Shown here one piece after another: positions 11,745 through 22,256 of a stretch of 64,000 nucleotides of DNA (the first letter of the stretch is position 1; every line of letters starts with the position of its first letter). Below the pieces are notes generated by a model. It was not told the DNA's origin. It ran no database searches and worked only from the letters and a program-made list of their open reading frames with translations. The DNA is taken from assembly GCA_963717505.1 (NCBI GenBank), contig OY970342.1, positions 4,032,001-4,096,000 on the forward strand, read 5' to 3'. The stretch is from Candidatus Eiseniibacteriota bacterium. Lineage in GTDB: Bacteria > Eisenbacteria > RBG-16-71-46. The position numbers and the translations under genes are program-made.

Positions 11745-12778
11745 CTATCGGGGCGCCGACCACGCCGTCAATCCACGCGGCTCGAACTGGAACGGCACCA
11801 CCTGGCCGCCGCGCTTCTCGAGCGCCGCCGCCACGCGATGCCGGCGATCGAAGCGCGTGAGGAACAGGAAGTAGCCGCCGCCGCCCGCCCCCGGCATCTT
11901 GCCGCCGATCGCGCCTTCGCGGCGTGCGGTGTCGTAGATGCGATCGATCTGCGGGTTCGAGATGCCGGCCTCGAGCTGCTTCTTGTCCTCCCAGGCCTCG
12001 TGGAGCAGCTCGCCGACCCGTCGAGGTCGCCCGAGCAGCAGCGCCTTCTTCATCTCGAGCGTCTGCCGCCTTCAGGCGGTGCAGCGCCTGCGACCGTCGC
12101 CCGGCGGCCACGCCGATAGTTCTCGACCTGCGCTCGATGATGTGCGCCGACTGCGCGCGTCTGGCCCATGTAGCAGAGCAGCAGTCGGTACTCGAGCTCG
12201 TGCAGCGACGTCGGGGCCGGATGCGCAGCGGATTGACCACGGTCGCGTCGCTGCGGAACTCGATGAAGTTGAAACCGCCGAACGCCGCGGCGTACTGGTC
12301 CTGGCGGCCGCCGGCGAGCCCCAGGTCCACGCGCTCGACGCGGTAGGCCAGCTCGGCGACGTCGTAGCCCGAGAGCGAGCGTCCGAGCCACTCGGCGAGC
12401 ACGCCGATCAGCGCCACGCACCAGGGTCGACGACGAGCCCAGGCCCGAGCCCGGGCGGCGCGTCGGAGTGCGCCCACAGGTCGGCGCCGCGCTTGACGCG
12501 CAGGGCCCGCACCGCGGCCTTGATCAGATCCAGGTTGCCGTCGAGCCGCATGCGCCGCGGGTGGTCGTACTTGGCGACCACGTGCCGTAGTCGAGGCTGA
12601 CGACAGCGTCCAGCGCGAGTCGCGCCGCGGCCGCAGCGACACGTAGGCGTACTGGTTGATGGTTGCCGACAGCACCATGCCGCCGTGCTCCTCGGGATAG
12701 GGCGAGACATCGGTGCCGCCGCCGCAGAACGAGAGCCGCAGCGGCGCGCGCGCGCGGAAGTAGCGGCGCGCCGCTCAT
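11745..12778 (-). CDS. hddA: GHMP sugar kinase, D-glycero-alpha-D-manno-heptose-7-phosphate kinase-like, frameshifted
   Basis: RARAPLRLSFCGGGTDV (broken), VLSATINQYAY, HSDAPPG, GGRQDQYAAAFGGFNFIEF, GAIGGKMPGAGGGG. Confidence 0.8.
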
Positions 12779-13468
12779 GCCGCGAACTCCCGCTCCGCCC
12801 GCTCCCACTCCTCCGGCGTGCCGATGTCGAAGAACACGCCCGTCGCAGCGATGCCCGGCCAGGAGCCCCTCGGCGGCGAGCTCGCGGCAGCACGTCGCGC
12901 TCGAGCGACGATGCTCCCTCCGGCAGCCGGCGCCACAGCGCCGGCGCGAACGCGTAGAGGCCGCCGTTCACCCACGCCGGGCCGCGGAAGTCTTCGTCCT
13001 TCTCGACGAAGCGGCGATCCGGTCGTCTGCGCCCAGCTCGACGCGCCCGCGCGACCGGGCATCGTCGACGCGGAACAGTGCGACCGCGCCGAGGGCGCCC
13101 GATTCCCAGCGCGCGCGCTCGAGCGCCCACGGGTCGCACCCGGGCAGCGTGTCGCCGTTGACCACCAGCGCCGGACCGTCGACGTGCGCAGCGGCGAGCC
13201 GCAGGGCGCCGCCGGTGCCGAGCGGCTCGGATTCGATCGAGTAGTGAAGCTTCACGCCCGAGGCCCGCCGTCGCCGAGCGCCGCGCGCACCTGCTCGGCC
13301 CCGTGCCCGACGCACAGCACCGCCTCACGGATGCCACGCGACGGCGAGCCATTCGAGCAGCCGCGCCAGAAACGGCCGGCCGCCGAGCGGCGCCAGCGGC
13401 TTCGGCAGTTCGCCGAAGCGCGGGCGCAGCCGCGTGCCCAGACCGCCCGCGAGCACGAAGGCCTTCAC
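12775..13468 (-). CDS. hddC: Sugar-1-phosphate nucleotidyltransferase, HddC-like, frameshifted
   Basis: [24 protein letters not shown]; ESEPLGTGGALR; VVNGDT; VNGGLY; FFDIGTPEE. Adjacent to the HddA-like kinase. Confidence 0.75.
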
Positions 13469-14424
13469 TGCGTCTCCGAGTCGAGGTTGAACCGACGCCG
13501 CACCGGGTAGTCGGCACGCGCGCCGAGGTGGGCGATCATCTCGCCCGAGCAGCCCCATGAGCGACGAACTGGATGCCGACCAGGACGAGTCCGGCGCCGA
13601 ACAGCATGAGCGGCCGCACGCGGAGCGGCTCGCCGCGCACGCACTGGCCGACGAAGAACACGCCGAGCAGCATGCCGAACACCAGGAACAGCGAGCCCGA
13701 TGCGCCCGAACACATGCAGCGGCTTGAGCGCTGAGGTCGAGATGAACGCGGCCGCCATCAGGTCGAGGAAGCCGTTGACGAAACGCGCCGCGCCGAACTT
13801 GCTGTGGCCGAAGCGGCGCGCGCGATGGTGGACCGGCACCTCGCCGACGCGGAACCCGCGCCAGTGCGCGAGCGCCGGCAGGAAGCGATGCAGCTCGCCG
13901 TAGACCTCGATCGACTCGACCACCTCGCGGCGGTAGAGCTTGAGGCCGCAGTTGAAGTCGTGGAGCCGGACGCCGGCGACCATCGAGGTCACGGCGTTGA
14001 ACAGCCGCGACGGCACGCGTCTTGGTGATCGGGTCCTTGCGGTTCTGCTTCCAGCCCGAGACCAGGTCCAGCCCGCACTCGAGCGCCGCGATCAGTCGCG
14101 GCAGCTCGGCCGGGTCGTCCTGCAGGTCGGCGTCGAGCGTGACCACGTAGTCGCCGCGCACCAGTCGGAACGCCGATCGCCAGGGCCGCGGACTTGCCGA
14201 AGTTGCGTCGCAGCGACGACGCCACGCACCCGCGGGTCGCCGGACGTCAGGCGCTCGAGCACCTCGTCGGTGCCGTCGCGCGAGCCGTCATCGACGTAGA
14301 GGATCTCCCAGGATCGGCCAAGCGCTTCGAGCGCCGCGACCAGCTCGCGGTGCAGCTCGGGCAGGCTCTCGGCCTCGTTGTAGGCGGGCACCACGGCCGA
14401 GATCGACGGCCGGACCGCCGTCAA
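13465..14424 (-). CDS. GT2 polyprenol-phosphate glycosyltransferase (DPM1/ArnC/GtrB-like), frameshifted
   Basis: [65 protein letters not shown], and two C-terminal TM helices. Confidence 0.88.
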
Positions 14425-15401
14425 CGCGCTCGTACCCGCGCTCCGTACAGCTCGCGCGCCCACTCGGCCTCGGCGCGCGAGCCCGTCGCTCGATCGGGGT
14501 GGTCGGCGTCGAAGCCGAGATCGCGTCCGATCCGGGTCGCGTCGGCGCGGGTGCGCAGCGGATCGCCGGGCGGGCGCGGCTGGAAGTCGAGCTTCGCACT
14601 CACGCCGATCAGCGCGTTCGAGCGATGCGGATCGCCTCGAGCACCTCGACCTGCGATCCGCCGCCGACGTTGTAGACCCCCTGCGGCGCGCTTCGGCGTC
14701 CAGGCGCGCACGTTGGCCTCGACCGCGTCGGCGATGAACGTGAAGTCGCGCGACTGCCGGCCGTCGCCGTAGACGGTGATCGGCTCGCCCGCGCAGCAGC
14801 GCGCGGCAGAAGCGATGAAACGCCATGTCCGGACGCTGGCGCGGGCCGTAGACGGTGAAGTAGCGCAGCGCGGCCACCGGCAGGCCGAAGTTGCGCCCGT
14901 AGAGCAGCGTCAGGTGCTCGCCGGCGAGCTTGGTGACGCCGTAGGGCGAGAACGGCCGCGGCAGCAGGTCCTCGTCGGTCGGGTATCGCTCGGCGTCGCC
15001 GTACACCGAGGACGACGACGCGTAGACGAAGCGCTCGAGCGGACGTCCGCGATACCGCTCGAGCAGCCGCTGGGTCGCGAGCACGTTGTGATGCGTGTAG
15101 TGCGCGAACTCGGCGCCCCACGAGGCGCGCACGCCCGGCTGCGCCGCCTGGTGGAACACGACGTCGACGTCGGGCAGCGCCGCCGAGGTCGTGACGGCCC
15201 AGGTCCAGCTCGAGCAGCGTGAACGCCGGGTGACGCGAGCGCGCCCTCGAGGTTGCGCCGCTTGAGCGCCGGGATCGTAGTAGTCGGTGAAGCAGTCGAC
15301 ACCGGTGACCCGCGTCGCCGCGCGCCAGCAGGCGCTCGCGAGCGTGCGAGCCGATGAAGCCGGCGCGCCGGTGACCAGCGCGTGCGAGTCGGTCGCGTCA
15401 T
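14421..15401 (-). CDS. NAD-dependent epimerase/dehydratase (UDP-glucuronate/UDP-glucose 4-epimerase-like), frameshifted
   Basis: HALVTGA; [10 protein letters not shown]; [13 protein letters not shown]; YASSSSVYG; SPYGVTK (YxxxK); [17 protein letters not shown]. Confidence 0.88.
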
Positions 15402-18172
15402 GCCTGGCGCCGTCGGCGTCCGTTCCGCGCGGCCGCGGCCGCGCGCGTCGGGCGGGCAGCCGAGTCGGTGCGGCGCCGGCTCGGCAGCCCCATGCCCTGG
15501 CGCTGCTGCTCCAGCATGGCGCGGGCCTGTGCGTCCTCGGGATGGCGGCGCACCCAGCGTTCGAGGTAGGTGAGCGCGCGCTCCGGCTCGTCCGATCTCG
15601 CTCAGCGCGTAGTAGGCCGCGTAGTAGGCCATCGTGTAACTCGGGATCCAGACGCGATCGACGTCCTCGAGCTCGCCAGCGCCGCGTCGACCTGCCCCTG
15701 ATAGGACAGCAGGACGCCGTAGTAGTAGCGCGCCTCCGGGTCGCGCGGATTGCGCTTCGCGATCTGTCTCGAACAGCGCCAGCGCCCGCGCCGTGTCGCC
15801 GCGCTCCATGTAGAAGCTGCCGAGCGGCACCAGCATCTCGGCGAAGTCCGGGAACATGCGCGCGACCCGCTCCATCTCGGAGATCGCGCGGTCCAGCTGC
15901 CCGAGCTGTGCGGTAGTAGAACGCGAGCTGCAGGTGGGCGGCGGCGTAGTTGCGCGACAGCGTGGCGGCGTTCTCGTCCTTGTAGACACGGTCGAGTCCC
16001 AGCTGCCGTCCGGCAGGAACAGGCCGCGATACTGGAACGTCTCGTACAGCGCCTTGCTGGTCAGTGGCTCGTTCACCACGACCTGCGACGGAGTCGGTGT
16101 TCACCTGGTAGCACCAGGCCCTCGAGCGAGAAGTACGGGTCGAGCCCCATGTGCTCGGGCACCGTGACCGCGAAGTAGGGCTGCTTGATCCAGCTGCCGT
16201 CGGGCTTGCGGTTCTCGCCCATGATGTGGCCGACCATGAAGTGGTTGGTGTAGATGAAATTGCCCGCGCTGTCGCGAATCGCGCCGGCTCCGAGCAGGTC
16301 GACCGTCCGGTCGTCGAGCGGTCGATCGGCACCTTGGGCTCCTCGTCGCGCAGCTGGCGGATGTACCAGTCGGTGTTGAGCAGGCTCAGGTTCACGACGC
16401 GCACGTCCTTGCGGAAGCCCTCGACCTGCTGCATGTACCAGAGCGGGAAGGTGTCGTTGTCGCCGTTGGTGAAGATGAACGAGTTGGGCGTCGAGCGGCG
16501 CCAGCATGTTGTAGGCGTAGTCGCGCGCCACGTAGTTGCCGCGGCGATCGTGCGTGTACCACAGGTTGCGCATCAGCAGGAACGGCATGCGCCAGCAGGG
16601 CGGCTCCGGCCAGGATCGTGACCCAGCGCCGGGACCCTGCCGGGCTTGAACGAATCGCGCACCCACGCGATCAGCCACGCCACGCCCAGCCCGATCCACA
16701 GATCGAGAATGCGTGGTAGCCGCTCTGGAAGAAGTAGTCGCGCTCTCGGACCTCATGATCGGTGAAGTTGAGGAAGACGATCATCCCGGCCGTGGTCAGG
16801 CCGAGGAAGCTCCCCGTGTACAGGAAGACTCGTGCCGTTGCGGCGCGCGAGCCAGGCGCCGCCGAGAATCCCGAGCAGCAGCGGAGCAGGATCGCACCCC
16901 AGCGCGTCGGGTCGGGGAACACCGGCCACTGGCGCCGGAAGTAGCGCCAGAACTCCTTGTTGAGCTGGCCGTCGAGCGATCCGCGACGCTCGAACATGTT
17001 CATCTCGCCGTACTGCTTGCGCTCGAGCAGGTCGCGCAGGCTGTTCCAGGTGGCGGGCGCGCCCTCGTTGATCGCCGGGTCGCTGCGCGGCGCGGATCGG
17101 CAGGTAGACGTGGGTCGAGTAGCCGGCGCACCATCAGGACCAGCGCCAGCGCGATGATCCGGCCCTCGCGATGGCGCCAGGCGAGGAAGGTCAGCGGCAC
17201 CAGGACGCCCAACAGCGCGAGCAGCGCCGTGCCCCAACCGAAGCTGGCATCGCCGAACGCCGTGCGGAGGGGCACGAGCACCGCCGCAACCCCTCCCCAT
17301 GCGACCACCGCCGGAATCTTCTTCTGCGCCCCGTAGACCAGGAACACCAGGGTCGACAAGACCATGATGCCGCCGGCCATGCGTTCGAGGCCCATGGTGA
17401 CCAGCAGCACCGACAGGAGCGGCATCAGGAACACGAGGGCCGCGCGGCGGTCGACCAAGGCGATCAGCAGCAGCAGCGGTATTCCCATGATGCCGACGCC
17501 GAGATGGAGACCGACGCACAGCCACATCACGTACACGGCGAGCAAAAGCGGACCGGCGGTCGGCGTGCGCTCGTGTTCCTCCCACCAGCGCAGTCCGAGC
17601 CAGAGCACCAGCGTCTGAGCGCAGCTGGCGAGGGCATAGACCTCGGCTTCGATCGAGTTCTCCCAGTAGGAGTCCGAGAACGCCAGCATCAGCGCTCCGA
17701 CGATCGCGCCCACGTGGGTCACGATGTGCTTCCACGTGTCGGGGTCCGCGGGGACGGCCGGGCCTGCGACCGGCGGCTCCGATCCTTCCGCATAGCCGCG
17801 CCGGGCCACCGCCTTCCAGCGATCCTTCGGATCCTGACCCGGAGCCTCGAGCCCGGCGAACGCCAGGCGGATCAGCTTGACCAGGGTCAGGTAGGTCAGC
17901 ATCACCGCCAATGCGGCCGGGATCGCCGACAGCGCGTTGACCCGTTCGGCCACCGTGTGCCACGGAATCAGGGTCGCCACGCGCCCGAGGATCACGTAGA
18001 ACGGAGTCCCGGGCGGATGAGGAATTCCGAGGATGTAGGAGACGCCGATGAACTCGCCCGCGTCCCAGAACGGGACGGTCGGGTAGAGGGTGATCAGGTA
18101 GACGGTCACGGCGACGATGAAGACCAACAGCGCCAGCAGTTGCGTGGGGCGCTTCGACCCCCAATCGATCAC
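15398..18172 (-). CDS. DUF2723 / TMEM260-like GT-C membrane protein with C-terminal TPR-like region; frameshifted below about 17120
   Basis: [32 protein letters not shown]; [15 protein letters not shown]; ERDYFF; [41 protein letters not shown]; helical repeats ([18 protein letters not shown]). 3' end approximate. Confidence 0.85.
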
Positions 18173-19215
18173 GTGGACCTCCGAAACGACGCCGCCTGGA
18201 ACTTGCGCCGGGGGATGCGAGCCACGACGACAAGTCCGCCGAGCAGGCTCACGACCACCGCCACCAGGTAGGTGGTGATTTGCAGCGAGAACGCCGGCGC
18301 TCGCGCGACCCCGACCAAACCGAACAACATCACCCCCGCACCTTCACGAACCCCGATGCCGTTGAGCGAGATGGGCAGCGAGACTATCACCGCCAGCAGC
18401 GGAACGAAAAGAAAGAAGTAGGTCACGGGCACCGTCAAGCCCAGTGCGCGCGACACCAGGACGTGCACGCAGACGCGCGCGACCTGAACCACGATCGCGA
18501 TCATCAGCAGACCGAGGAACATCTGGCGGCGGCCGGCGAACTCCCGGAGACGCGTGGTGAAATCCTCCAGATGCGGGCTCAGGCGAGACAAACCGAGCCG
18601 CGCGAGCAGCCGTTCGATCCGCGGCAGGGAACGAGGATGGAACACGGCCCAGACCATGCCGACGCTCAGGGCGAAGAACACGACCACCGCCCCATATGCA
18701 ACGGACAGGTGAAATCGGTCGATGGCCGGGACGGTCGTCACCAGGGCCAGCCCGGCGAGGGCCACGGTCCCGATCAACCGATCCATCAGCACCGTGGCCG
18801 CGGCGGTGCCGCGGCTCGGTCCGTAGCGCGAGGCGTCGAGCACGCGTGCGATGTCGCCGCCGATGTTCGCCGGCAGGAAGTTGTTGAAGAACAAACCGAC
18901 ATGATAGTAGCCGCACACTTTCCAGAACGGGATTTCGATCGACGCCGCGCGCAACAGGCGCTGCCACTGCCAGGCGCCGAGCACGTTGCTGCCCAGCATG
19001 AGTCCGAGCGCCGCGACCAGCCATTCCTTGCGCGCACCGAGGATCGCAGCGCGCACTTCGTCGAGAGGGATGCGCAGGACCAGGAAGGTCATGAGGCCGA
19101 TCGACAACGCGACCTTGGCCGCGAGCATCCACCAGCCGTGGGACTTGGACTCGGGTCGCGGCTCGGGTGCTCCGGCCCCCGGCCCGTTCGCGGTGGTGTG
19201 TTCGGGCGGCGTCAC
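18169..19215 (-). CDS. Lysylphosphatidylglycerol-synthase TM domain / UPF0104 (AglD2-like) putative flippase
   Basis: AKVALSIGLM; GLFFNNFLPANIGGDIAR; TVLMDRLIG; SLPISLNGIGVREG. Confidence 0.88.
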   Translation of the reverse strand: MTPPEHTTANGPGAGAPEPRPESKSHGWWMLAAKVALSIGLMTFLVLRIPLDEVRAAILGARKEWLVAALGLMLGSNVLGAWQWQRLLRAASIEIPFWKVCGYYHVGLFFNNFLPANIGGDIARVLDASRYGPSRGTAAATVLMDRLIGTVALAGLALVTTVPAIDRFHLSVAYGAVVVFFALSVGMVWAVFHPRSLPRIERLLARLGLSRLSPHLEDFTTRLREFAGRRQMFLGLLMIAIVVQVARVCVHVLVSRALGLTVPVTYFFLFVPLLAVIVSLPISLNGIGVREGAGVMLFGLVGVARAPAFSLQITTYLVAVVVSLLGGLVVVARIPRRKFQAASFRRST

Positions 19216-20342
19216 GCGCTCGCCTCCGCCGCGGGGGCGCCGATCAACGCGTCGAGCGAACGCCGCGCGCAGTCCCGCCAGGTGAAGCGCGCCGCCCATC
19301 GCACGCCGGCTTCGGCCAGTCGCGTGCGCAAGCCATCGTCCTCGAGCACGCGGACCAGCGCGCCGGCCAGTGCCGAATCGTCGCCGAATGGCACCAGGAG
19401 ACCGGTCTCGTCGCGGCGCACCGAATCCCTCAGACCCGGGCTGTCGGCGGCAACCACCGCCGTGCCGCAGGCTCCGGCTTCGACCACCGTCAGACCCCAA
19501 CCCTCCTTCGGCGAAGGCTGGACCAGCACCCACGACGCGCGCATCCGCCGTGCCTTCTCGATCCCGGGAACGAATCCCAGGAACGACACCGCGTGGGCCG
19601 CGCCACTGCGCTCGAGCTCGGCCGCGAGCCGCTGGCGATCGGGACCGTCGCCGAGCACCACCAGGCGCGCCGACTTCAGTCGTTCGAGGATTCGTGGCAT
19701 CGCGCGAATCACCCAGTCGACGCCTTTGTACCGGCGGAGGCGCCCGACGTAGAGGATGGTCGGCTCGGACTCCTTGGGCGTGCCATCGAGCTTGAAGGTG
19801 TCGTGGTCGAGCCCGCAATGGACGACGTCGATCCGCTCGCGCGCGATGCCGCGCGCCACCAGGTCGTCGCGCGTGCTCTCCGAGATGACCAGGAAGCGCG
19901 ATCGCCGGTAGCACCAGGGGATCAGCGCCTCGAGCAGCAGAACGTAGAGCGCGACCGGCAGCGATGCCTCGCGAAACGCGGTGGTGCCGAACAGGTGCGG
20001 CACGATGGCGCCGACTCGCGCGCGCGTCCACCAGGGGGTGAAGCATGGCACCTTGTTGATGTCCTCGATCACCAGATCGGGGGCGGGGCTCGAGAACTCG
20101 CGGCGGAGCACCGCCGGAACGATCAGATTGAAGTTCCACCACGCGCCACGGCGCACCACCCGGATGCCGCTGTGCTCGGCCTCGGCCGCCGCCCCGGGAA
20201 ACCCCGAGGCGAGCCAGGTGACCCGGTGGCCGCGCCGCACCGCTTCGAGCAGGATTTCCTCGAGGTGGAGCTCGGCGCCGCCCGCTTCGGGATGCCCGGG
20301 ATCGCGAAAGTTCACCGCGAGCAGGTCGAGCGGTCTTGTCAT
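19212..20342 (-). CDS. GT4 family glycosyltransferase
   Basis: NFRDPGHPEAGGAELHL; EDINKVP; YVGRLRRYKGVD; PSPKEGWGLTVVEAGACGT. Confidence 0.92.
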   Translation of the reverse strand: MTRPLDLLAVNFRDPGHPEAGGAELHLEEILLEAVRRGHRVTWLASGFPGAAAEAEHSGIRVVRRGAWWNFNLIVPAVLRREFSSPAPDLVIEDINKVPCFTPWWTRARVGAIVPHLFGTTAFREASLPVALYVLLLEALIPWCYRRSRFLVISESTRDDLVARGIARERIDVVHCGLDHDTFKLDGTPKESEPTILYVGRLRRYKGVDWVIRAMPRILERLKSARLVVLGDGPDRQRLAAELERSGAAHAVSFLGFVPGIEKARRMRASWVLVQPSPKEGWGLTVVEAGACGTAVVAADSPGLRDSVRRDETGLLVPFGDDSALAGALVRVLEDDGLRTRLAEAGVRWAARFTWRDCARRSLDALIGAPAAEASA

Positions 20343-21118
20343 GGCTTCTCGCCGACCGTCCCGATGACGTGGCAGGTGTAGAGCGCGAGCCGATGGCGGG
20401 CGAGCCCGGCGCGCAGCGACTCCCAGCCCCGCTCCCACCACGACGGACCTCGCGGGTGGAGCGGCAATCGCGCGCCGAAGCCGCGCTTCAGGAGTTCGCG
20501 CGCCACCCGATAGCCGAGCCCGGGCACCATCCACTCGCCGTAGGTGCGGCGCACCGCGAGCCCCGCCTCGCGCATCAGGCGCTCGAGCCCGGCCGGAGTG
20601 AACTGGGTCTCCCAGCCGGCGAACCAGCGGTTCATCGCGATCAGCGCCTGCTTCATCGCGGTGTACGGATGAACCGTCTGCGGCACGTCGACGATCACCC
20701 GGCCTCCGCGCCGGGTGACCCGGACGTTTTCGCGCAGCAGCGGGCGTGGATCGCGAAAGTGCTCGAGCAACCCCTGGTGGAACACGACGTCGAACGTGCC
20801 GTCGCGAAACGGCAGCGCCAGCGCGTCCGCGCGGACCAGATGCACCGCGAGTCCCGCCTCGCGCGCCAGCCGGCGGACGATGTCGAGCGAGGCCGGCGAA
20901 TAGTCGAGCACGACGGCGATCGCGCCATCGCGCGCCAGCTCGAGCGTGTCGCGGCCCGATCCCGCGCCGACTTCCATCACCCACCGGCCGGCGACCGCGC
21001 CTTCGCGCCGGACTTCGCGCGCGAGACGGCCTCCGGTCGAATAGGTGTCCTCGATCTGCGGGTTGCCGCGCCAGTAGGACTCCCAGTGCTCGCGCGTCGA
21101 GGCGCGCTCGCCGCTCAT
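20339..21118 (-). CDS. Class I SAM-dependent methyltransferase
   Basis: VMEVGAGSG; ADALALPFRDGTFDVVFHQGLLEHF. Confidence 0.88.
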   Translation of the reverse strand: MSGERASTREHWESYWRGNPQIEDTYSTGGRLAREVRREGAVAGRWVMEVGAGSGRDTLELARDGAIAVVLDYSPASLDIVRRLAREAGLAVHLVRADALALPFRDGTFDVVFHQGLLEHFRDPRPLLRENVRVTRRGGRVIVDVPQTVHPYTAMKQALIAMNRWFAGWETQFTPAGLERLMREAGLAVRRTYGEWMVPGLGYRVARELLKRGFGARLPLHPRGPSWWERGWESLRAGLARHRLALYTCHVIGTVGEKP

Positions 21119-21837
21119 TCGCCCCACCGCAGTCGCTCGCCGAGGAACGGCGGCAGCCCGGCCCCTCGAATCCGGCTGATCGCCGATTCGACGTCGTACT
21201 CGAGACGTACGAACTCGAAAGTGGTCGCCGGCTCGTCGACCAGCAGGTAGCCGGCGCGCGGATCGCCGTCGCGCGGCTGACCGACGCTCGGCACCGTCAC
21301 CAGATAGCGGCAGTCCGGCTCGACCGCGAGCGACGGAGCCCGCGTGTAACCGATCCCCTGGGGGCCGCTCACGAACGTGCCCGGGTAGTGCGAGTGGCCG
21401 ATCACGCAGATCGGCCCGGTGAACGCGTCCATCTCGTCCTGGGCGTCCTCGAGCGACAGCACGTAGCCCCAGGCCTTGGGGTTGCGCGGCGACGCGTGCA
21501 CCACGTGGAGCCCGCGCCACGCGACGCTCATCGGCAGCGCCAGCAACCAGTCTCGGTGCTCGGGGGCGAGCTGCTGATCGGTCCAGCGCGCCGCGGTCGC
21601 GGCCTCGTCGTGAAAATACTCGAGCCGGATCCGACCGACCGCCGCCAGATCGTGGTTGCCGGCCACCGCGACCTCGCAACGAGGCTTCAGCCGTGCGATG
21701 CACTCGTTGGGCGAGGCGCCGTAGCCGACGAAGTCTCCGAGGCACGCGACGTGCTCGACCCCGCGTCGATCGAGATCGGCGAGCACGATCTCGAGTGCTT
21801 CGAGGTTGCCGTGGATGTCGCTGACCACCGCGTTCAC
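21115..21837 (-). CDS. Calcineurin-like metallophosphoesterase
   Basis: SDIHGN, CLGDFVGYG, AGNHD, HASP, GHSH, SVGQPRDGDPRA. Confidence 0.92.
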   Translation of the reverse strand: MNAVVSDIHGNLEALEIVLADLDRRGVEHVACLGDFVGYGASPNECIARLKPRCEVAVAGNHDLAAVGRIRLEYFHDEAATAARWTDQQLAPEHRDWLLALPMSVAWRGLHVVHASPRNPKAWGYVLSLEDAQDEMDAFTGPICVIGHSHYPGTFVSGPQGIGYTRAPSLAVEPDCRYLVTVPSVGQPRDGDPRAGYLLVDEPATTFEFVRLEYDVESAISRIRGAGLPPFLGERLRWGE

Positions 21838-22256
21838 GCCTTGAACTCCTCGGGGCGCAGGTTGCGGGCGATGCGATCGAGCACGCCGTTGACGAATCGG
21901 GCCGAGTCCTCGCTGCCAAAGCGGCGCGCGATGTCGATGGCCTCGTCGAGCACGACCCGCGCCGGCGTGCCGGCGCGCTCGCTCAGCTCGGCCGATGCCG
22001 CGCGCAACACCGCGCGGTCGGTCGCCGACATGCGATCGATCGGCCAGTGCTCGGCTGCAGCCGCGATGCGCGCGTCGACCGCCGCCGGGTCGCGCGCCAG
22101 GGCGGCGACGATGTCGTCGACCAGCGCCTGGGGGTCCTCGCCCAGCGGCTCCTCGTCGCGCAGCCGCCGCCACACGACTTCGACCGCGTCGCGATTGGCG
22201 TCGGCCTCGTAGGCCACGCGGAACGCCAGCTCGCGCGCCCGCCGACGCGCGGTCAA
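21834..22256 (-). CDS. nusB: Transcription antitermination factor NusB
   Basis: RRRARELAF; HWPIDRMSATDRAVLR; VVLDEAIDIARRFG.EDSARFVNGVLD. Follows ribH. Confidence 0.95.
   Translation of the reverse strand: MTARRRARELAFRVAYEADANRDAVEVVWRRLRDEEPLGEDPQALVDDIVAALARDPAAVDARIAAAAEHWPIDRMSATDRAVLRAASAELSERAGTPARVVLDEAIDIARRFGSEDSARFVNGVLDRIARNLRPEEFKA

Noticed and set aside
14092-16434. Apparent fusion ORFs (DUF2723-epimerase-GT2 in 14092-16434; long N-terminal extensions on GT2, ribH, clpX and others)
   Set aside because: They arise from frameshift errors and from open frames running through overlapping upstream genes; each component has its own plausible start.
1610-17130. Programmed frameshifting, phase variation or an alternative genetic code to explain broken ORFs
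   Set aside because: Breaks are numerous and not at recognisable slippery sites or simple repeats, and the rest of the window translates cleanly with the standard code, with TGA as stop.
21115-21837. Metallophosphoesterase as part of an anti-phage defence system
   Set aside because: It sits in a housekeeping operon after nusB with no nucleases, cyclases or other defence genes nearby.
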